A stretch of DNA of 64,000 nucleotides from Chitinophagaceae bacterium (GTDB lineage Bacteria; Bacteroidota; Bacteroidia; Chitinophagales; Chitinophagaceae): assembly GCA_947454715.1 (NCBI GenBank), contig CANGMZ010000002.1:676-64675 (forward strand), in the 5' to 3' direction. The notes under the pieces are model-generated. The model was not told where the DNA came from. It ran no database searches and saw only the letters and a list, made by a program, of their open reading frames with translations. Below, piece after piece: positions 16,827-27,287 of the stretch (position 1 is the first letter of the stretch; each line of letters starts with the position of its first letter). The translations under genes were made by a program, and so were the position numbers.

Positions 16827-17369
16827 ATGTACTCATACCTTAAGTTATCTGTGCTCGTTGCAGCACTTCTTTTTTTAGTATCATGCGGTGGTAATAACAA
16901 CGACTGGGCGCAATATACATCGGGTGACGGTGGTTTCTCTGTATTAATGCCAGCTAACCCTGTGAAGAGTGAAAAGATAGAAGTAACTGCTTTTGGTAAG
17001 CAAAAAGTACACTTCATCACCTGGAGACCATCTACATTTTCGATTGATAAATTTAAGTTGATACAGGTTAGTTATACAGATTGTCCTGCCAGGTTTGCAG
17101 GCGATTCAGTAATGACGGACTTTATGCTTGACAGCTCAATAAACATGCGTAAAAAAGATTTTACGGATAAAGATTTTGTTGCAGAAACCATAACACTAAA
17201 TGGATATCCCGGTAAATCATTTATACTGGATAACGGAGGAAATACTGTTATTGTAAAACAATGCATTACTAATAACAGAAGATATGATCTAGTAATTGTT
17301 GCGAAGAATGGTCAGGGAACAACACCGGAAGTCGGAAAGTTCTTCAACTCATTTCAAGCCTTGAAATAA
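16827..17369 (+). CDS. Hypothetical lipoprotein (PsbP-like fold suspected)
   Basis: MYSYLKLSVLVAALLFLVSC lipobox; GGFSVLMP, LNGYPGK, KFFNSF pattern. ORF-track start 16785 shortened. Confidence 0.7.
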   Translation: MYSYLKLSVLVAALLFLVSCGGNNNDWAQYTSGDGGFSVLMPANPVKSEKIEVTAFGKQKVHFITWRPSTFSIDKFKLIQVSYTDCPARFAGDSVMTDFMLDSSINMRKKDFTDKDFVAETITLNGYPGKSFILDNGGNTVIVKQCITNNRRYDLVIVAKNGQGTTPEVGKFFNSFQALK

Positions 17370-17387
17370 AGTGGAAATTATTTTTTT

Positions 17388-17425
17388 GAAAGTGCCCCTG
17401 TTCTTTTTGATCGGGGGCACTTTTC
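17388..17425. terminator. Bidirectional terminator
   Basis: AAAGTGCCCC / GGGGCACTTT between convergent genes. Confidence 0.7.
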
Positions 17426-17441
17426 TTTAAGGTATTTGATA

Positions 17442-18368
17442 TTAGTCGTTGTATGTGCGGGGTACTTTGGGGTCTGTAATGATGATGTAGTCACCATATT
17501 TTTTGTATTTACTCCAGTCAATCTTTGGATAAGCGTCATCGCTCGATGTTGAAACGATGAGCCTTTTTATTTTAGCATTGTAGTTTTTTAATTGTGCGGC
17601 TACGGCATAACCTTCGTCGCTGTGGAATTTCCCGTTTACCTGCATTATTTTCTTGCTCTTATTTTTCTTTCTGTATTCGGTAATTGAGTAAGCCATAGTT
17701 GCATCCCATAAAGACTGTGCTGCAACAAGATCGAAATTGCCCATTCCCATGTTGTTTTGTGCGGGTGCAGTAGTATCTGCCGGGGCACCGGCCGGCGCCT
17801 GATGAATGCCTGTAAGTTTTTCGTAATAGCCACCGGTTGCTACGGCATAAGGTAGCGGAGCAAAGTTTTGTTTAGATGCGTCTGGTAGTTTTTTGAGATA
17901 TTCCTGTCCTTTTCTTCCGGCAAGATTGGCATATCTGCTTGCAGCGTTTGCGCAAATAACATCAAGCTTATTTTCTTTAGCAAACTCAACCATCGGTTTG
18001 TAGTCGCGATAGTTGCTCCAAACTCTGGCGTCTTTAATGAAGTGTTTTTCTTTAATAAAGCCGTTAAGGTATTCGTTCATGACAGGTTGCACATCTCTTT
18101 CAAACATTTCCATAGATAGTGCTAAATCATCGCCATACTTATCATACATGAGTGAGAGCATTGTTTTTTCCAGATAGTGAGTTACACTGTCATTGTGCTC
18201 TTCACCCATTAAGAGCACATCATAGTTGATCATATCTTCCGCAATCACATTAAGGGGTACTTCTTTGTCAAGTTTTACTGAATAGATGCGGTAGTTTGCT
18301 TCAGATAGTTGTGCCGTAGCTGCAAGTGTTACAGAGCCGAAAAAAAATGTAAGGAACAGTTTTTTCAT
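17442..18368 (-). CDS. ChaN-family (Tiki superfamily) exported protein
   Basis: VLLMGEEHND, LSMEMFERDVQ, SLWDATMA, VNGKFHSD. Confidence 0.85.
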   Translation of the reverse strand: MKKLFLTFFFGSVTLAATAQLSEANYRIYSVKLDKEVPLNVIAEDMINYDVLLMGEEHNDSVTHYLEKTMLSLMYDKYGDDLALSMEMFERDVQPVMNEYLNGFIKEKHFIKDARVWSNYRDYKPMVEFAKENKLDVICANAASRYANLAGRKGQEYLKKLPDASKQNFAPLPYAVATGGYYEKLTGIHQAPAGAPADTTAPAQNNMGMGNFDLVAAQSLWDATMAYSITEYRKKNKSKKIMQVNGKFHSDEGYAVAAQLKNYNAKIKRLIVSTSSDDAYPKIDWSKYKKYGDYIIITDPKVPRTYND

Positions 18369-18444
18369 GAATAATGTTTTAGTAAAACTAATGATTTTCA
18401 ACCTTTATTGCATGCATTAATATGATGATATTGTTCTTGAAATA

Positions 18445-18488
18445 AATAAGCCCCTTTGATAAATGTTAGCTTATCAAAAGGGCTTATT
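18445..18488 (-). terminator. Terminator downstream of PGI/PMI
   Basis: AATAAGCCC.TTTGATAA / TTATCAAA.GGGCTTATT stem. Confidence 0.6.
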
Positions 18489-18503
18489 ATAAAACAGATA
18501 TGA

Positions 18504-19487
18504 TTAAGATTTGGCCAAAGAACCTTTCAGGAAGTCAATAACCTTTACTTCAGTTGCATCAAGTTCGCGAAGGTCTGCGAGAATAACAGATATCCAGTCA
18601 GTGATGTGAATCAGGTACATTGCTTTTTCCCAATAAGATTTTCCTTCAGAGAAAATTTCTATAATGTTTGGTGTGTGTTTTTTGAACACCTTTTTATTGA
18701 TTTCCATGCGGGTTTGAACACGCACATAATCATCATCATTTCTAAGAATAATAACTACTTTATCTTTTGCATCATCTCTCCAGCCTACAAGTTCATTGTG
18801 GTTCATTTCAGGAATAGCGCCATGCCAGCAAAGCATTTTGCTGTTCTCATTCAGCTGCTGACGGAAGCGAATAGCAACACCCTCATAAGTGGATGCAGAA
18901 TAGATGATTGGCAATTTGCCCAAAATCTTTTTGGCTATTGCTTTTGCCTTCTTCTGAGTATCTTTTTCTTTTGCCTTCATTTCTTTGACAGCAGCGGTCA
19001 TTTCCTTTTCAAACTTATTGTCAATGAGTGTGAAATGGTTGAGCGTATAAAGAATCTGAATCAGAGAATAACCTAAACATGAGCGTGGCGGCATGCCGGC
19101 AGGTACTAATATGCAATCGAAACCTTTTTTCTTTGCAATTTCAGCCACTTTACCACCAGAGGTGATACACACAATAGTTGCTTTAACTTTGATAGCCTGA
19201 TTAAGCGCTTCAAGTGTTTCTTCGGTATTGCCGGAATAAGAGCAAACAATAACCAAAGAATTTTTGTTCACAAAAGAAGGAAGTGAATAATCTTTATTAA
19301 CGATAAAAGGCACATTAAGTTTGTCGAAAACATAATTCTGAACAATTGATCCGCCAATGCCACTGCCACCTAATCCGGTCACAACAACATTAGAAAATTC
19401 AGAAACAGGGGTTACAAAACGATGTCCTTTACCTATAATTAATCCCTCTTGAAGTTGGGTTGAAAATTCGAGTACTAACTTTTTCAT
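18504..19487 (-). CDS. Bifunctional phosphoglucose/phosphomannose isomerase (SIS family)
   Basis: GLGGSGIGG, SYSGNTEET, ITSGG, QLNENSK, PEMNHNE. Start taken at MKKLV (19487). Confidence 0.92.
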   Translation of the reverse strand: MKKLVLEFSTQLQEGLIIGKGHRFVTPVSEFSNVVVTGLGGSGIGGSIVQNYVFDKLNVPFIVNKDYSLPSFVNKNSLVIVCSYSGNTEETLEALNQAIKVKATIVCITSGGKVAEIAKKKGFDCILVPAGMPPRSCLGYSLIQILYTLNHFTLIDNKFEKEMTAAVKEMKAKEKDTQKKAKAIAKKILGKLPIIYSASTYEGVAIRFRQQLNENSKMLCWHGAIPEMNHNELVGWRDDAKDKVVIILRNDDDYVRVQTRMEINKKVFKKHTPNIIEIFSEGKSYWEKAMYLIHITDWISVILADLRELDATEVKVIDFLKGSLAKS

Positions 19488-19505
19488 GCTACATTTATCG
19501 TTTGA

Positions 19506-19862
19506 ATGTCCAAACATAGTAAAATTGGTATAAAGGGAGAACAATTAGCAGAAGAGTTTTTGCTAAAGAAAGGTTATAGTATCATTAACAAAAACTGGCG
19601 TAGCGGCAGGAAGGAGATAGATATTATAGCATTTAAAGACAAAATTTTAGCAATTGTAGAGGTGAAAACGCGAACAGTTTCTGTTTTTGGTTTTCCTGAG
19701 GAGGCAGTAAATCTGAGAAAGCAAAATAACCTGAAAGTTGCAGCTGAAGCCTTTGTAGCGCAGTTTCCTGAGTATGTGAATGTTAGATTTGATATAGTAA
19801 GTATTGTGTTAAAAGGAGAGGTACTGCAAGAGATTATTCATTTTGAAGAGGCATTTTATTAG
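19506..19862 (+). CDS. yraN: YraN/UPF0102 family nuclease-like protein
   Basis: GIKGEQLA, NWR..KEIDII, VEVKTR, VRFDIV. Confidence 0.92.
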   Translation: MSKHSKIGIKGEQLAEEFLLKKGYSIINKNWRSGRKEIDIIAFKDKILAIVEVKTRTVSVFGFPEEAVNLRKQNNLKVAAEAFVAQFPEYVNVRFDIVSIVLKGEVLQEIIHFEEAFY

Positions 19863-19936
19863 GCACGTATATTTGAATAATTGAAAACAGTTTATAAAAA
19901 TAAATATTTAATAAAACATTCAAAAAGGTATCGAAA

Positions 19937-20638
19937 ATGGTTAAATCGTTGATAATGGTATTACTACACTTGAAGTCGAGCATTATGCTTCTGGTGTTTT
20001 TAGTGTTGTGTAATACATTAGTCTATGGTCAGAAAGGTATAGCAGAAGTACTAAAGGAGGGGGATATTATTTTTCAGAAGTTGCCATGTGGCGGGTTGTG
20101 TGATGCAATCATTGCAACGACTCCTTGCAAACCTGGAATGGCATTTAATCATTGTGGTATTATTCATTACAATGATGGTGCGCCATTTGTTATAGAAGCT
20201 ATTGGAAAGGCCGTAAAAACAACTTCGGTTGTTGATTTTTTAAAAAGGGATAAAGACAAGCAAATATTTTTAGGACGTATAAAATCGGTAAAGGCCGGCA
20301 TAGATTCTCTCGCAATGAAACGTGCTGTAAATAAGGCTTTGAGATATGTTGGTGTACCTTATGACGATGTGTTCCTTCCGGGTGATACTGCCTTATATTG
20401 CTCTGAGCTTGTGTGGGAGTGTTATAGGAACAGTACATCTGAAAATGTTTTTGAGTTAAAACCCATGACGTTCAAATCTCCTGAATCCGGTACAACATTT
20501 CCTGCGTGGGTGTCTTATTATCAGGAACTTTCCAGACCAATTCCTGAAGGAGTGCCTGGCATTAATCCTTGTGCTATTGCTAACTCAGACATTGTTGAGT
20601 TTATTGTGCTTGAGAAAAATGAATACCTCAATAAATAA
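19937..20638 (+). CDS. YiiX/YebB-like permuted NlpC/P60 cysteine hydrolase
   Basis: GDIIFQ, FNHCGII, VIEA, YDDVF, YCSELV. Confidence 0.88.
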   Translation: MVKSLIMVLLHLKSSIMLLVFLVLCNTLVYGQKGIAEVLKEGDIIFQKLPCGGLCDAIIATTPCKPGMAFNHCGIIHYNDGAPFVIEAIGKAVKTTSVVDFLKRDKDKQIFLGRIKSVKAGIDSLAMKRAVNKALRYVGVPYDDVFLPGDTALYCSELVWECYRNSTSENVFELKPMTFKSPESGTTFPAWVSYYQELSRPIPEGVPGINPCAIANSDIVEFIVLEKNEYLNK

Positions 20639-20676
20639 AATAGATTAATTTTATTCGATACAGTAAAAAATAAAAA

Positions 20677-22944
20677 ATGAAAAAAATATTGATAGGTCTG
20701 TTATTGTGTGGCCTTTATGTGCCTACAGTAATTGCCCAGAATAAAAGCGATTTGCACCCAAAGTTATCTGCTCCAACATTGCATTATCTTTCGGCAGCAA
20801 GAAAAGCAACAAATAGAAATGATGTAGTTCCGGATTATGTGTATAAAATAATCAACAATAAGCGTTATCTGAGTGCAATGATAAAGGTGCGCAATGATGC
20901 AGACCAGAGTACACTTGATGCGCTTGGTGTATATGTAGGTACAAAAGCAGGAACTATATGGACTGCTCAAATACCAGTTGATAAGGTGGAAGAATTTATT
21001 AAGCTTCAAGCTATAGAGTATGTGGAGCTTGATGCGCCAATAATACCTACGCTCGACTCTGCAAGGAAGATGACCAGAGCTGATTCTGCACAGCGTGGCA
21101 TTTATTTGCCAATGCCATTTACCGGTAAAAATGTTATTACAGGGATTATTGATGCCGGTTTCGATTTTAACCACACTACTTTTTATGATACTTCACGAGC
21201 AGGATATAGAATAAAGAGAGTATGGACGCAAAAGACAACCGGAGTGCCTCCTGCCGGTTATTCTTATGGAAATGAGATGGTTGATTCTGATGTTATCAGA
21301 GCAAAAGGCTATGACACTGCGATAACTTCTCATGGTACACACGTAGCCGGAATTACTGCCGGTGGTGGGTTTGATACTACTATAAATGGTCGATACAGAG
21401 GAATGGCTTATGAGAGTGATATTGTTCTGGTTGGTATTATGCCCTCACCAACACAGTGGATCAATACCGGAGTTTCTGACGTAGTTGACGGTATCAATTA
21501 TATTTTCAATTATGCAGCTTCTGTAAGTAAGCCTGCTGTAGTTAATTTAAGTTGGGGTAGCACACTAGGACCGCATGATGGTAGCTCATTGTTCAGCATG
21601 GCATGTGATTATCTAACCGGTCCCGGGAAAATATTTGTTTGTGCAGCCGGTAATAATGGTCAGGACCCCGTGCATGTTGGGAAAACATTTTCAGGAATGG
21701 ACACAGTTGTCAATACGTTTGTTAATTTCTCTACGGCCCTTGATACCAATCATCAATCTACCTACGTTGATGTTTGGGGCGATAGCAGTCAGACTTTTTG
21801 TCTGAATACCCGTTTGTTTAATGGTACTTCAGCTATTGATTCTACAGGGTTTATTTGCCTTACTGCTGACTCAACTTACGATTTGCACCTTATTGGCAGT
21901 AACGGAGATACTTGTTTTGTAACAATAACAACTGTACCTGTTGAATTTAATGGTCGTCCACACGCTTATATATTTTATCACAGTAAGGTGCATGACAATA
22001 TTTGTCTGAGTGTAGCCGGAGCATCAGGAGGAAGAGTAAATATGTGGGAAGGGTATGTGATGCCGCCGACAGGGTATTATGGTTCATTTACAAGCAATGG
22101 CAACACGTGGGCTGTGAACGGAGACGTTGATATGACTGTTTCAGATATTGGTTCAACTAAGTCTGCCATAACAGTTGCTGCATATTGTACGAAGTCTAGC
22201 TTCAGGAATATTTCGGGTGCAGTATTGGCATATACCGGTGCGGTAAGAGGTAAAATAGCCCCATTTTCCAGTCATGGGCCTACGTTAGATTATAGAATAA
22301 AGCCTGATATCGGTGCACCGGGTTTTGGTGTAGTATCGTCTATCAGTTCTTATGATCCTACTTTTTTGCCAGGAGGCAGCGACTATTCAGATCTTATCAG
22401 TTCTCATGCAGATGCTGCAAGCGGCAGGTCTTATGGATATGGTATTTTTGCAGGTACCTCCATGGCATCACCATGTGTTTCCGGTATTGTTGCAATGATG
22501 TTGCAATATAACCCATCACTGACGCCTGACTCAGCAAAGAGCATTATACGTATTACGGCTATAAAAGATACATTTACCACTACTACAATACCTGTAGCTG
22601 GTAATAATATTTGGGGACATGGTAAGATTAATGCTTACAGGGCATTGAGATATATGGTTGGTAACCTTAGTGTTGCTAATGCTGGAATAGACCCGATGGA
22701 TTTTGTACTTTATCCTAACCCAAACAAGGGTGAATTTACTTTGCGCTTTAATGGTAAGGTAAATGAACAAGTAACTGTATCTGTTTATGACATTACAGGT
22801 AAGTTAGTTGCTATTGACTTTTGGCAAGTTGCTGCAGGAAGTAACAGTAAGTCTTTGAATCTGTCTTATTTGTCAAAAGGTATCTATTTTACGGAAATAA
22901 ATGCACGCACAGGTCGTGAAATAGTTAAGACAATAATTGAGTAA
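20677..22944 (+). CDS. S8 subtilisin-like peptidase with T9SS type A C-terminal domain
   Basis: Catalytic IIDAGFD, SHGTHVAG, GTSMASP; C-terminal LYPNPNKGEF..YDITGKLV..GIYF. Confidence 0.94.
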   Translation: MKKILIGLLLCGLYVPTVIAQNKSDLHPKLSAPTLHYLSAARKATNRNDVVPDYVYKIINNKRYLSAMIKVRNDADQSTLDALGVYVGTKAGTIWTAQIPVDKVEEFIKLQAIEYVELDAPIIPTLDSARKMTRADSAQRGIYLPMPFTGKNVITGIIDAGFDFNHTTFYDTSRAGYRIKRVWTQKTTGVPPAGYSYGNEMVDSDVIRAKGYDTAITSHGTHVAGITAGGGFDTTINGRYRGMAYESDIVLVGIMPSPTQWINTGVSDVVDGINYIFNYAASVSKPAVVNLSWGSTLGPHDGSSLFSMACDYLTGPGKIFVCAAGNNGQDPVHVGKTFSGMDTVVNTFVNFSTALDTNHQSTYVDVWGDSSQTFCLNTRLFNGTSAIDSTGFICLTADSTYDLHLIGSNGDTCFVTITTVPVEFNGRPHAYIFYHSKVHDNICLSVAGASGGRVNMWEGYVMPPTGYYGSFTSNGNTWAVNGDVDMTVSDIGSTKSAITVAAYCTKSSFRNISGAVLAYTGAVRGKIAPFSSHGPTLDYRIKPDIGAPGFGVVSSISSYDPTFLPGGSDYSDLISSHADAASGRSYGYGIFAGTSMASPCVSGIVAMMLQYNPSLTPDSAKSIIRITAIKDTFTTTTIPVAGNNIWGHGKINAYRALRYMVGNLSVANAGIDPMDFVLYPNPNKGEFTLRFNGKVNEQVTVSVYDITGKLVAIDFWQVAAGSNSKSLNLSYLSKGIYFTEINARTGREIVKTIIE

Positions 22945-22965
22945 TATATTTCTGTGTTTTGGAAT

Positions 22966-22997
22966 AGCATTCAGGAGGTACTTCTGGATGCTTTTTA
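22966..22997 (+). terminator. Intrinsic terminator
   Basis: AGCATTCAGGA / TTCTGGATGCT plus T run. Confidence 0.55.
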
Positions 22998-23147
22998 TTT
23001 CTGGACCTGACGATTCGTTTATAACCCGCTTTAGTTAGTGAGTACTCACTTTTAAAATCTTAAAATATTCAGGATATTTTTTTCTAATTGACAGATAACG
23101 ATATAGAAGTAATTAATTTTCCTACTTTTGCCAAAATTTAAAAAACA

Positions 23148-23840
23148 TTGCGTAGCTGGTGGTGGAAAATATTGGCGGGTATTCTTATATGCTATACGGT
23201 AATAGGTGGCTTGTTGTTGCCTGTGCCGAGATTAGATATTTTGAATGAGACTATCCGTAATTTGTATTTTCATGTACCTATGTGGTTTACGATGATTTTC
23301 TTGTTCGCAGGTGCGTTTATATATTCAATAAAATATTTGAGTTCAGGAGATTTGCAAGATGATATTTATGCGGTACAATTGACAAATACCGGAATCTTTT
23401 TCAGTATTTTGGGAATGCTTACCGGTATGGAGTGGGCTCAGTATACTTGGGGTGAAGCATGGAGTAATGATCCTAAGCAATTGGGAACAGCACTATGTAT
23501 GCTCATCTATTTTGCCTACTCTATTTTGCGTAATGGTATTAAGGACGATGAGAAGAAGGCGAAGATTAGTGCGGTGTATAACATATTTGCGTTTGCGATG
23601 ATGATACCATTGATTTTTATTTTGCCTAGAATGGTTGATTCACTGCATCCGGGGAATGGGGGCAATCCTGCATTCAAAAAATACGATTTGGATAGTAATA
23701 TGCGTATTGTGTTTTACCCTGCGGTAATAGGGTGGGTGTTGATAGGTAGTTGGATAGCAAGTTTGAAAATACGTGCCGGCTTAGTGAGTTTTAACAGAGA
23801 GAATGAAATATTATTCAGTTTCGAAAAAGATAAAAAATGA
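23148..23840 (+). CDS. ccmC: Cytochrome c biogenesis heme exporter CcmC
   Basis: LYFHVPMW, W-rich WAQYTWGEAWSNDPK, SLHP. TTG start with TACTTTTG at 23123-23130. Confidence 0.9.
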   Translation: MRSWWWKILAGILICYTVIGGLLLPVPRLDILNETIRNLYFHVPMWFTMIFLFAGAFIYSIKYLSSGDLQDDIYAVQLTNTGIFFSILGMLTGMEWAQYTWGEAWSNDPKQLGTALCMLIYFAYSILRNGIKDDEKKAKISAVYNIFAFAMMIPLIFILPRMVDSLHPGNGGNPAFKKYDLDSNMRIVFYPAVIGWVLIGSWIASLKIRAGLVSFNRENEILFSFEKDKK

Positions 23841-24040
23841 AAGCAAAACTGACATTTGCAACCATAGCATTATTATTGATTACAACAACTGTTTTGCATG
23901 CTCAGACAGAAATGGCTGATACTATGCGTTCAAATGGTAAAATATATGTTGTTGTTGCGGTATTAGCTACTATATTTGCGGGGATTTTTGCTTATTTAGT
24001 ATATCTTGACAGAAAAATTACAAAAGCAGAGAAGAAATAA
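23837..24040 (+). CDS. ccmD: CcmD-family heme exporter protein
   Basis: MRSNGKIYVVVAVLATIFAGIFAYLVYLDRKI; ATGA overlap with ccmC. Confidence 0.8.
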   Translation: MKAKLTFATIALLLITTTVLHAQTEMADTMRSNGKIYVVVAVLATIFAGIFAYLVYLDRKITKAEKK

Positions 24041-24078
24041 AAACATAGTTCATTTATTAATTTTTAAACACAAATAAG

Positions 24079-25497
24079 GTGGAAAAACAAGATCACTACA
24101 GTTTTTTTCAGGGCGTAGAACGCAATTTTGATAAAGCTGCAAAGTTCACTCGTTTCGAAGCGGGTATTCTGGAACAGATCAAAGAATGTAACTCAGTTTA
24201 CCGTATGAAGTTCCCGGTGAGAATTGGTGACAGCATTGAGGTTATCGAAGCTTACCGTGTTCAGCATTCTCATCACAAATTGCCATGTAAGGGCGGGATA
24301 CGTTATAGCATGGATGTAAACCAGGATGAAGTGATGGCGCTTGCTGCACTTATGACCTACAAGTGTGCTATTGTTAACGTACCGTTCGGTGGTGCGAAAG
24401 GTGGTATCCGTATCAACCCAAAAAAATATACTGCATTTGAATTAGAAAAGATCACACGTCGTTATGCATCTGAGTTAGTGAAGAAAAACTTCATTGGCCC
24501 TGGTATAGACGTTCCTGCTCCCGATTATGGTACAGGTGGTCGTGAAATGAGCTGGATCGTAGATACTTATGCATCATTGAAGCCAGGTGAAGTAGATGCT
24601 ATGGCATGTATCACAGGTAAGCCAGTTACACAAGGTGGTGTTCGTGGCCGTACTGAAGCTACAGGTTTGGGTATATATTATGGTGTTCGTGAAGCAGTAA
24701 GTATTGCTGAAGATATGGACAGACTAGGCTTGACTACCGGTATTGCTGGTAAGAAAGTTATCGTTCAGGGTATGGGTAACGTTGGTTACCACGCTGCTAA
24801 GTTCTTCTATGACAACGGAGCTATCATTGTAGGTCTTGCTGAATATGAAGGTGGTATCTATAACGAAAATGGTCTTAACCTTTACGAAGTAGTTGATCAT
24901 CGTAAATCAACTGGCAGCATCTTGAATTTCCCGGGTGCTACTAATATGCCAAATGGCGCTACTACAATGGAAATGCCATGTGACATCCTTATTCCTGCAG
25001 CTTTGGAAAATGTGATCAATGCATCTAATGCGGATCGTATTCAGGCTAAGATAATAGGTGAAGGTGCAAATGGTCCTTTGACTCCGGAAGCAGACGAAAT
25101 TTTGAATGCTAAGGGTGCAATGATTATTCCTGACATGTATTTGAATGCAGGTGGTGTTACTGTATCTTATTTCGAGTGGTTGAAGAACTTGAGCCATGTT
25201 CGTTTCGGACGTATGGACAAGCGTTTCAGCGAGAACCAAAATGGTTCAATCTTGAATGCAGTTGAGAACCTCACAGGAAAGAGAGCATCTGATATCGAGC
25301 GCACGCAAATATTGCATGGTCCGGATGAAGCTGATTTGGTTTACTCTGGTCTAGAAGATACAATGATCAGCTCTTACCACGAGATTCGTGAAGAGTGGCT
25401 TCGTTTAGAGCGTAAGGTAGATATGCGTACAGCGGCTTTCGTTGTTGCTATCAACAAGGTTGGTGTTTCTTACGAAGAGCTTGGTATCTTCCCATAA
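24079..25497 (+). CDS. gdhA: Glu/Leu/Phe/Val dehydrogenase (glutamate dehydrogenase)
   Basis: [58 protein letters not shown]. Confidence 0.93.
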   Translation: MEKQDHYSFFQGVERNFDKAAKFTRFEAGILEQIKECNSVYRMKFPVRIGDSIEVIEAYRVQHSHHKLPCKGGIRYSMDVNQDEVMALAALMTYKCAIVNVPFGGAKGGIRINPKKYTAFELEKITRRYASELVKKNFIGPGIDVPAPDYGTGGREMSWIVDTYASLKPGEVDAMACITGKPVTQGGVRGRTEATGLGIYYGVREAVSIAEDMDRLGLTTGIAGKKVIVQGMGNVGYHAAKFFYDNGAIIVGLAEYEGGIYNENGLNLYEVVDHRKSTGSILNFPGATNMPNGATTMEMPCDILIPAALENVINASNADRIQAKIIGEGANGPLTPEADEILNAKGAMIIPDMYLNAGGVTVSYFEWLKNLSHVRFGRMDKRFSENQNGSILNAVENLTGKRASDIERTQILHGPDEADLVYSGLEDTMISSYHEIREEWLRLERKVDMRTAAFVVAINKVGVSYEELGIFP

Positions 25498-25522
25498 TTG
25501 CTATCAATAATACTGAATATAG

Positions 25523-25550
25523 AACAGGGCTACCAATTGGTAGCCCTGTT
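25523..25550. terminator. Perfect 28-bp palindrome, bidirectional terminator
   Basis: AACAGGGCTACCAATTGGTAGCCCTGTT between convergent gdhA and tdk. Confidence 0.75.
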
Positions 25551-25594
25551 TGTGTTTTGGAGAGTAATTTTAAAGAATTTTTATATATTCTGTT

Positions 25595-26161
25595 TTATTC
25601 TTTATAAAAGCAGTGCCTGCACCTTGGCTCGTAAATATTCTTTTCGCCTAGCAGTACCTGATCGTCGATTTTAGGTATTCTGTAAGAATAATTGGCAATA
25701 TCTCCACATTTTACGCAAATTGCGTGAAGCTTGGTTACATACTCAGCTCTTGACATTAAGGCAGGCATGGGGCCGAAGGGGTTACCCAAATAGTCCATGT
25801 CAAGACCGGCTACAATTACTCTAATTCCGCTGAGTGCAAGTTTTTCCGCAACTTCCACAATTCCGGGGTCAAAGAACTGCGCTTCATCAATACCTACAAC
25901 ATCTACGCCCGAAGCAAGTAAGAGTATGTTAAATGGGCTATCAACTGGTGTAGAGCGCACTCTAGAATCGTCATGAGAAACAATGTCTTCGGGGTGGTAG
26001 CGGGTGTCAACGGCAGGTTTGAAAATTTCTGCTCTCTGACCGGCAATGTCAACACGTTTCAGACGGCGAATAAGTTCCTCAGTTTTTCCTGAGAACATAC
26101 TGCCAGCAATCACCTCTATCCAACCTTTCTTTTTATTCCCTGAGTATGGTTCTATGAACAT
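25595..26161 (-). CDS. tdk: Thymidine kinase
   Basis: [24 protein letters not shown], Zn-binding CVKC...RCRHC. Confidence 0.96.
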   Translation of the reverse strand: MFIEPYSGNKKKGWIEVIAGSMFSGKTEELIRRLKRVDIAGQRAEIFKPAVDTRYHPEDIVSHDDSRVRSTPVDSPFNILLLASGVDVVGIDEAQFFDPGIVEVAEKLALSGIRVIVAGLDMDYLGNPFGPMPALMSRAEYVTKLHAICVKCGDIANYSYRIPKIDDQVLLGEKNIYEPRCRHCFYKE

Positions 26162-26335
26162 AATGTAAATGTAGCTGTTATATATTTTGCTTTTTTTGCC
26201 TTTTATAGCATCGGATTTAAGGTAAAAGTAAAACTTAACGATAAATTATTGATGCCACTTTTTACATTAGTTATCCCCAAAATATAGTGCTAAATCTCAT
26301 GAGTTATTTACCGCAACAATTTGAAAAAAAGGGAG

Positions 26336-27181
26336 TTATAGGAGAATATTGTCAATTAGTCGGATCTCGCCAATTTTAGCTGCTATGAGCGCAACCATGG
26401 GAACACTATCGTCATAGCTATCTAACAATTTAAGATTGTCTGCATTTGCAATAGCAATATATTCTGTACTAAAACCTTTTGCAGTAAGTAAGTCGGTGCA
26501 TTCTTTTTTTACAATAGAAAAATCGCCTGTATTTTTTTTAGTTTGTATAGATATCAGACATTGATACAGTAGACCTGCTAATGTTCTTTGCGGGTCAGAT
26601 AGTCGTCTGTTTCTTGAACTCATAGCCAGTCCGTCGGCTTCACGTAGGGTAGGGCAAATAACAAGCTGGAGGTGGTCGAGGTGCAGTATTTCTTTTAATT
26701 TATTGATTACCATGCACTGTTGGTAGTCTTTTTGACCCAAATAGAGGTTGTGTGGTTGAACTATTTCCAACAGACGGCCAACTACTTGCCCAACACCCTT
26801 AAAGTGCCCGGGTCTATTCGCACCTTCGAGTATTGTATCGAGATATCCGAAATCAAAAGATTTGATTTTGTCGGTTCCTTCGGGGTATATTTCATCTACA
26901 GATGGAAGGAAAAGAACATCGCAATCAGCGTTTAAAAGCAGTTCAATATCAGCGTCTGTAGATATGGGGTATTTTTCAAAATCTTTTTTATCATTGAATT
27001 GGGTGGGATTCAAAAATATGCTACAAACGGTAAGCATTCCGTCTGATTTAGCATTTTTCAACAAACTTATATGCCCGGAATGGAGGGCTCCCATGGTTGG
27101 TATAAAACCTATTTTTATATTGTTTTCAGTTTGTTTTTTTAGAAAAGAATGTACCTCCGCAGCACCCTTAAATATCACCAT
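26336..27181 (-). CDS. panC: Pantoate--beta-alanine ligase
   Basis: PTMGALHSGH, NPTQFND, RPGHFKGV, GQKDYQQ, DGLAMSSRN, RLIDN. Start taken at 27181. Confidence 0.96.
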   Translation of the reverse strand: MVIFKGAAEVHSFLKKQTENNIKIGFIPTMGALHSGHISLLKNAKSDGMLTVCSIFLNPTQFNDKKDFEKYPISTDADIELLLNADCDVLFLPSVDEIYPEGTDKIKSFDFGYLDTILEGANRPGHFKGVGQVVGRLLEIVQPHNLYLGQKDYQQCMVINKLKEILHLDHLQLVICPTLREADGLAMSSRNRRLSDPQRTLAGLLYQCLISIQTKKNTGDFSIVKKECTDLLTAKGFSTEYIAIANADNLKLLDSYDDSVPMVALIAAKIGEIRLIDNILL

Positions 27182-27287
27182 AATCTTTTTTTTAATTGGA
27201 AAAGAGTGCAAATTACGGTTGCAATTCAATATTTTCGTAATTTTGCAGACTATTTGTTATTATTATTAATAATAATTAATCTAACGA